Of a stretch of 32,000 bases of DNA, positions 24,440 through 32,000 are shown in pieces. The notes beneath the pieces are model-generated. The model had not been told where the DNA came from. It made no database searches and saw only the letters and a program-made list of their open reading frames with translations. The DNA lies in the sequence record CP025327.1; one strand, written 5' to 3'. Every line of letters begins with the position of its first letter. The first letter of the stretch is position 1. The translations under genes were made by a program, and so were the position numbers.

Positions 24440-24796
24440 TAAATAAAAATATAAATATATTATCAATTAATAATTAGGATAACAACTTAATCATTTAGAT
24501 CAATTAAGGTTCTAAAATTTAGTTTGTTTATCCATATAGCCAGGTTCATTTTAAGATTTGCACTATAATCATTATGATTACCAATTGTTTGATTAGTTAA
24601 ATATATTTAAGGTTGTAACCATTATGTGAATATAAAGACTATAATATTTTCTTATATATACTTAAATATTTAATTTAATTTATACAATTATTTGTATAAT
24701 TTAGATTTATTACTAGTTAATAATTTATAATTTAAATATTATAATAAATTTTATTACATTTTTATATTATTTAATTTTATATTAAACGTTGATAAT

Positions 24797-25456
24797 ATGT
24801 TTAAAATATACGAATTAAGTTTATTTGATCCTCAATTATGATTAAATATATCAGTATTAGTTAGTATTATATTTGGACTATGTGTTATTACTTCTAATAA
24901 TCCTATGTACAGTATATTATATTTAATTGGTTTATTCATTGGAGTAGCTGGTTATTTATATTATATAGGTTTAGGTATAATGAGTTTATTATATTTATTA
25001 ATTTATGTAGGTGCTATTGCTATATTATTCTTATTTATTTTATCATTATTAGATGTGAAAGTTTCGGAATTACAAGCTAAGTCTAATAGTAATGATATAC
25101 CATTAGTTATTATCGTGACTATTACTTTATTCTATTGTTTCTATAATATATATAATATTAATATTTCTATTTTAGATGTTAGTGAAATTTTAGATTATAG
25201 ATATAGTTATAAATTTGATTCTTTATTTAATACTTTAAGTTTAAAAAGTATTGCTTATGTATTTAATAATGTCACAGAATTACCTCAATCTTTATATTAT
25301 GTTTTAGTTGATAATTGATATGCTGCATATCCTGTTAATGAATTAACTTCTATTGGTAATCTATTATATACTGAATATGCTATAGTGTTTATATTATTAG
25401 GTATTATATTATTATTATCTATTATAGGAGCTATTGTAGTTACGAAAAGTATCTAA
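24797..25456 (+). CDS. nad6: NADH dehydrogenase (complex I) subunit 6, 219 aa, requires TGA=Trp
   Basis: The supplied ORF (24905-25318) extends in frame on both sides once the TGA codons at 24839-24841 and 25316-25318 are read as Trp. The translation begins MFKIYELSLFDPQLWLNISVLVSIIFGLCVITSNNPMYSILYLIGLFIGVAGYLYYIGLGIMSLLYLLIYVGAIAILFLFILSLL and ends NWYAAYPVNELTSIGNLLYTEYAIVFILLGIILLLSIIGAIVVTKSI. It contains the ND6 hallmark blocks (S-NP-x-S-L-LI, YVGAIAxLFLF, and the C-terminal IG-x-LYT-Y...GAIV-T). The first ATG after the upstream in-frame TAA (24728-24730) is at 24797, and the stop is TAA at 25454-25456. Confidence 0.9.
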
Positions 25457-25810
25457 TATATATCATTAATTATATTATCCTGAGATTTACATATAATGTA
25501 ATCTAATTTAATATAATATAATATTATTTAATATAATCTAATTTTATATAATATAATATTATTTAATATAATATAATTTTATATAATATAATATTATTTA
25601 ATATAATATAGTCTAATTTAATATAATATAATATTATTTAATATAATACAATATAATTTATCATTTACAATATATTATCTTTTTATTATTTTAATATATA
25701 TTTATATAATCATATAGAATCATATAATATTAGATATAATCATATATTATCATATAATCTCATATATAATGATATAGTATCATACACTATTTATTATATC
25801 CTATATACTA

Positions 25811-25859
25811 TATGCTATATGCTATATGCTATATGATATATGCTATATGATATATAATA
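25811..25859. repeat. Tandem array, 7-bp unit (tatgcta / tatgata), 7 copies
   Basis: Units were read at 25811, 25818 ... 25853. Confidence 0.88.
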
Positions 25860-25889
25860 TAACCTCTATACTATTTGTTATATGGAATA

Positions 25890-26012
25890 CACTATATGCT
25901 ATATGCCTTATACTATATCTTATATGTTATATCTTATATGTTATATGCCTTATACTATATCTTATATGTTATATCTTATATGTTATATGCCTTATACTAT
26001 ATGCTATATTAT
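25890..26012. repeat. Tandem repeat, 42-bp unit (atgccttatactatatcttatatgttatatcttatatgttat), about 3 copies
   Basis: The word atgcctta occurs at 25903, 25945 and 25987, a 42-bp spacing. Confidence 0.88.
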
Positions 26013-27972
26013 ATAGGCCCTATACTATATTTTATATATTATAAGCCTTATCCTATATACTATATGATATATGATATATGTCATATACTAGAGATTATAT
26101 ACTCTATATTATAGACTATATATTATATACAATATATTAGAAATTATATACTATATATTATAGACTATATATTATATACAATATATTAGAAATTATATAC
26201 TATATATTAGAAACTATATATTATATACAATACATTAGATATTAGATATTAGATATTAGATATTAGATATAATATGTTAGATAATAGATATTGTACATAT
26301 ATATAATATATTAGATATTATATGTTAGATACTAGATATTGTACATTATATATTAGATATTATATGTTAGATACTAGATATTGTACATAATATTTTAGAT
26401 ATTATATGTTAGATACTAGATATTGTCTATTAGAGACTATATATTAAATACTCTATATTAGATACTAGAGACTAGATACTCTATACTATATACTATATGT
26501 ATAATAGTTAATACATAACTATAATTTATTATAAAGTAAATTAATAAACTTATTACTATAGGTATTAAAGTTATTAATAATATAAACTATATGTAATAAT
26601 ATAATTATTAATATAAGCTATATGTACCAATATAATTATTAATATAAGCTATATGTCACAATATAAATATATTAATATATACCATATGTACTAATATATA
26701 TTGATTATATATGTACCATATGTATTAATGTATTAATGTACTAATATATATTGATTATATATGTGCCATATGTATTAATGTATTAATGCAATAATGTATA
26801 TTCATTATATATGTGCTATATGTAAATTCATTATATATATAATATATATACTAATATAATTTATTAATATATGATTTATAATATATGAGATATGTACTAA
26901 TATAATTTATTAATATAGGATTTATGATATATGATATATGATATATGTACTAGATTATAGATTAGGGTATATAATTAAGAATATTTACTATATTATATAA
27001 TTATATATACTATACTATATTATATCTTAATATATATATGATTAGGAATATATATTATATATATGATTAATAATCTTCACTATATTATAGATTAATATAT
27101 TTATTTAATAACTATATTAATAATACTATATTCTCTAATAATAAATCTTATTGATACTAAATATTCTAATACTAACCTTCATCTAAAATATTTATAATAC
27201 TAATACTAATACTAATATCTATACTTAATAAGTGTTACTATTATTAAATTATACTTAATTAATAAGTACTATTACATTAAATTATACTTTATATTATATA
27301 TTATATATTAATATACTTTATACTTTTTATTCTATAATAAGAATATATATCTTATACTTAGATATGTCATAGTGCCTACTCTATACTTTATATGTAATGA
27401 TGTATATGATATACTATATACTTTATACAATATACTTTATATATCATGATGTATACTATATACTTTATATGTCACAATGTATACTATATACTTTATATGT
27501 CACAATGTATACTATATACTATATACTTCATATACCATAGTGTATATTATATACTATATATATACTATCTACTTGATATGTTATAGTGTATATTATATAT
27601 TATATATTATATATTATATATTATATACTATCTACTTCATATGTCATAGTATATATTATATATTATATACTATAAACTTTATATTAAAGATTATAGACTT
27701 TATACTATTATATATATAATTAATAAGTATTACTACTATTATATATATAATTAATAAGTATTACTACTATTATATATATAATTAATAAGTATTACTATTA
27801 TTAAATTATATTATACTTAAGGAATAAATATTATTAAATCATTATATACTATGTGTACTAAATTAACATATACTATATGTACTAAATTAATATATACTAT
27901 GTATACTAAATTAATATATACTATGTGTACTATATATATATACTCTAAATCCTATATATACTATATATGACC

Positions 27973-28017
27973 TACATAATATACATAATATACATAATAT
28001 ACATAATATACATATTA
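27973..28017. repeat. Tandem array, 9-bp unit (tacataata), about 5 copies
   Basis: Units start at 27973, 27982, 27991 and 28000, followed by the diverged unit tacatatta. Confidence 0.88.
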
Positions 28018-28350
28018 TATATGCTAGACATACTATACATACTATACATGTTATACATAATATACATAATCTAAATATTGTAGATATTGTACATATTGTA
28101 AATATTCTACATATTATAAATATTGTAAATATTCTACATATTATATATATATGTCTTATATATCCTATATATGTGATACATACTATATATTTTTTACATA
28201 TTGTAAATATTTTACATATTATATATATATGCTATATATGTGAGATATACTATCTTTATGATACATATGATATATATAATATATATATAGTTTACATGAT
28301 ATATATACTATATATAGGTTATACATGCTATATATACTATATTTATGTTA

Positions 28351-28395
28351 TATATACTATATATACTATATATACTATATATACTATATATACTC
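28351..28395. repeat. Tandem array, 9-bp unit (tatatacta), 5 copies
   Basis: Units start at 28351, 28360, 28369, 28378 and 28387. Confidence 0.9.
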
Positions 28396-31300
28396 TCTAT
28401 ATGATATAAATGCTATATATACTATGCATACTTAAGGAATAAGTATTACTATTACTATTACTATTATATATAATTAATATATATAACTAAGAGTTATGAC
28501 TAAACTAATATATGTCCATAATAATAGGTATAATATATCTTATATAAATCTTATATAAATCTTATATATATTTTATATACACCTTATATATCTCAATATA
28601 ATTATATATCTTAATATAATCGGTACTATATATGTTAATATTCTATATATTAATATAATCAGTACTATATATATTCATATTCATATTCTATATCTTAATA
28701 TAGTTAGTATTCTATATCTTAATAATAGTTATTATAATCTATATTGGTTATTCTATATCTTAATAATTGTAATTATTATATTAATAATAGTCAATCTTAT
28801 ATATCTTAATAATAATCAATACTAAATATCTTAATAATAGTTATTATATATATTATTATTTAATATTAATAGTTAGTATAATATCTAAATATATTACTAA
28901 TGCTTAATGTAATATGTATAATATATAAATATATAAATATATTACTAATGCTTAATGTAATATGTATAAGTTATAAATATATAACTAATACTTAATGTAA
29001 TATGTATAATAAATACATAACTAATACTTAATGTAAATATATTAATAATATATATGAATAATTAACAATACTTAATATAATATATCTTAAGATCTATATA
29101 TAATAGATATATCTAAATATATCTTATTAAGAGTTATCTAATCTTCATTACTTAATAATAATATAATAATAATAGTATAATACTAATAGTATAATAATCA
29201 TAGTATAATAATGATAGTATACTAATCATAGTATAATAATAATAATTAATAATTTTATAATCATAGTATACTAATAGTAGTATGATATTAATAGCATAAT
29301 TATAAATTATTATATACCTTATAGATATAAGGATAATGAATTACTTAATCATAGGATAATTATAATGTACCTTATACATATAATGAATTACTTAATCATA
29401 AGATAATTATAATGTTGCTTATTCATATAAGGATAATGAATTACTTAATAATAGTACAATCATAAATTAAAACATATATTATATAATCATTAATTATAAT
29501 ATCTATTATGATATTAATTAGATAATCTAATAATTCTAATATTTATTACTTAATGATCTATTAATTCTCATATATATTACTTAATAGTACTAAGTATAAT
29601 ATCTAATCTAATATATAATATTTAATATTTAATATTTAATATTTAATATTTAATAATCTAAGAATATTATACTCAAATATCTATAATATTATATTATTTT
29701 ATATAATATCCTTTCTAATATATTATTTCATATAATATTATTTTATACAATATAATTTCTAATATATTATTTGATATAACATTATTTTATCTAATCTCAT
29801 TTGTAACATATAACATTATTTATATACAATATCATTTGTAACACATTCTTTCATATAAGGTAATATATCATTATATTCTAATACCTATTAGTTAATAATA
29901 TCATAATATCATTATATTCTAATACCTATTAGTTAATAATATCATAATATCATTATATTCTAATACTTATTAGTTAATAATATCATAATATCATTATATT
30001 AAATATCTATACTTATTATTTAATACTCTATTAGTTAATAATATGATAATATACCCATTATTTAATAATATTAATATTATATGTCCATATTTTATAGTAC
30101 CCTTATATATTTATAGTACCTTTATATATTTATAGTACCCTTATATATTTAGAGTAACCTTCTATGTTTATAGTACCCTTATATATAATGGTTAATATGT
30201 AATCATTAATATATAATAGTTAATTTATAATGATTATATACATAATCGTCAATATATAATGATTAATAATTAATATTTAATCATCAATATTTAATAATGA
30301 ATATATAATGGTTACTATAAAATGATTAATACATAATCGTTAATATATAATGATATATATATAATGGTTAATGTATAATGATAAAAATGTAATGGTTAAT
30401 ATAAAATGATTAATATATAATAGTTTATATAATATTCTCTTATATATTATAGTACATGATAATGTACCCTTATATATCATGGTTAATGTTCCCTTATATA
30501 TTATGATACATGATAAGGTACCCTTATATATAATGGTTAATGTTTCCTTGTATACTATGGTAAATGATAATGTACCATGCAAAGGTAACCTTATTAAGAT
30601 AATAGAATAGTCTAATATGAGATAATATAATAGAATAGTCTAATATAAGATAAGATAATAGAATAGTCTAATATGACAATATCTTAATTATTATATAAAA
30701 GATTATATAATAGTATAACATGTTAATATCTTAATTCTTATATAAAGGATTAAATAATAGTATAATATGTTAATACCTTAATGATAAAGTATTATAGTAT
30801 AATGATATAGTCCTTAATTATCTAATATTCTTATATTATGAATTCTTATATTATGATAAGGTATAATGGTCTAATATTCTTATATTATTATAAGATATAA
30901 TTGTATAATATTATTATATTATGATATGGTATAATTATATACTAATGATTATAGTATCATATGGTATAATTGTATAATTATGATTATAGTGTCATATGTT
31001 ATAATTATATAATAATGATTATAGTATCATATGGTATAATGTCATTATCTTTAATTATAATTTTCTAATATAATATTATATTTATCTAATATATTAATTA
31101 TATATTAATTATATAGTAATAATATCTAAATGATATTAGTAATCGTAAAATAGATTTATATAATTACATTACATTAAAAGATACATTTGTCTAATATAAT
31201 AGTATTTAATATCAAGTTATAAGAATAAGATTATATAAGAATAAGAATAAGATTATGTATTATTACAATATAATATGATAAAGTATATAATTATTAGATA

Positions 31301-31942
31301 ATATTCTAATATAATATAATAAAGTAAATTGGATAATTATACTAATATAATAGTGATATTTGAGAATTGATAATTGCACAATATAATATTTGATAATAGT
31401 AAATTATGATAATTTATATCATCAAGTATTATAATGTAATAAGATTATAGTAGAAGTATCCTAATGTTATATGATCATAGGAGAAGTATTATATTGTGAT
31501 ATGAATATAGTAGAAGTATTATAATGTTATATAATTATAGTAGAAATCTTACAATGTTATATGATTCTAGTACAATATCTTAGTAAATAATATTAATAGT
31601 ATAATATATTTATAATTGTACAATCTCTTTATAAATAATGATAATAGTATAATATATTTATAATTATACAATATCTTTATAAAGAATGGTAATAGTATAA
31701 TATATTTATAATAATACAATATCTTAATATTAAATTATAATAGTACAATATTCTAATATTAAATTATAATAATAGAGTATTATAACATGGTATTGTCATA
31801 GTACAATATATAGATACAATATATACAATATATAGATACAATATATACAATATATACAATATATATAATATATACAATATATATACTATATTTAATATAG
31901 TATAATAGTACAATATCTTAATATTTCTTAATATATGACAAT

Positions 31943-31990
31943 ATAATAGTATAATAGTATAATAGTATAATAGTATAATAGTATAATATC
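31943..31990. repeat. Tandem array, 8-bp unit (ataatagt), 5 perfect copies plus 1 diverged
   Basis: Units start at 31943, 31951, 31959, 31967 and 31975, followed by ataatatc. Confidence 0.9.
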
Positions 31991-32000
31991 TCCATAATTC

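Noticed and set aside
25826-30582. ORFs 25826-26044, 25875-26114, 27477-27719, 28173-28409 and 30340-30582(-), each 72-80 aa
   Set aside because: Each coincides with a tandem array whose period is a multiple of 3 (42 bp, 9 bp, 24/48 bp). The peptides are Y/I/L/C repeats such as TIYTIYTIY or IIYKGTLS, and no conserved domain is recognisable.

Overview
This window is a fragment of a yeast-type (Saccharomycotina-like) mitochondrial genome. It is extremely AT-rich, and G/C is visibly concentrated in the genes. I can support nine genes, about 4.2 kb or roughly 13% of the window. On the minus strand: trnN(GUU), an intronless large-subunit rRNA (rnl, about 2.9 kb), atp9 and trnC(GCA). On the plus strand: trnL(UAA), trnR(UCU), trnV(UAC), trnY(GUA) and nad6. 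nad6 is only intact if TGA is read as Trp, so a mitochondrial code applies; table 4 is most likely because complex I is present. The remaining ~27 kb is a patchwork of dozens of unrelated short tandem arrays (units 6-70 bp, 2-34 copies). There are no introns, no homing-endonuclease or other accessory ORFs, and only one GC cluster. Every long ORF in the supplied track other than atp9 and nad6 is an artefact of stop-free AT-rich repeats or lies antisense to an RNA gene. Points worth a second look: (1) a perfect ATATAAGTA yeast mitochondrial promoter nonamer abuts the rnl 5' end, and a perfect 17-bp inverted repeat brackets rnl, defining its terminal helix; (2) all four TATAAGTA octamers in the window point at a nearby gene or tRNA cluster; (3) one isolated bipartite GC cluster; (4) a unique non-coding island between trnY and nad6 with weak RNase P RNA (P4/CR-V)-like motifs; (5) long arrays that accumulate substitutions but keep perfect phase. 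I found no evidence of a defence or other accessory protein system. All coordinates come from manual reading, and rRNA and repeat boundaries are approximate.
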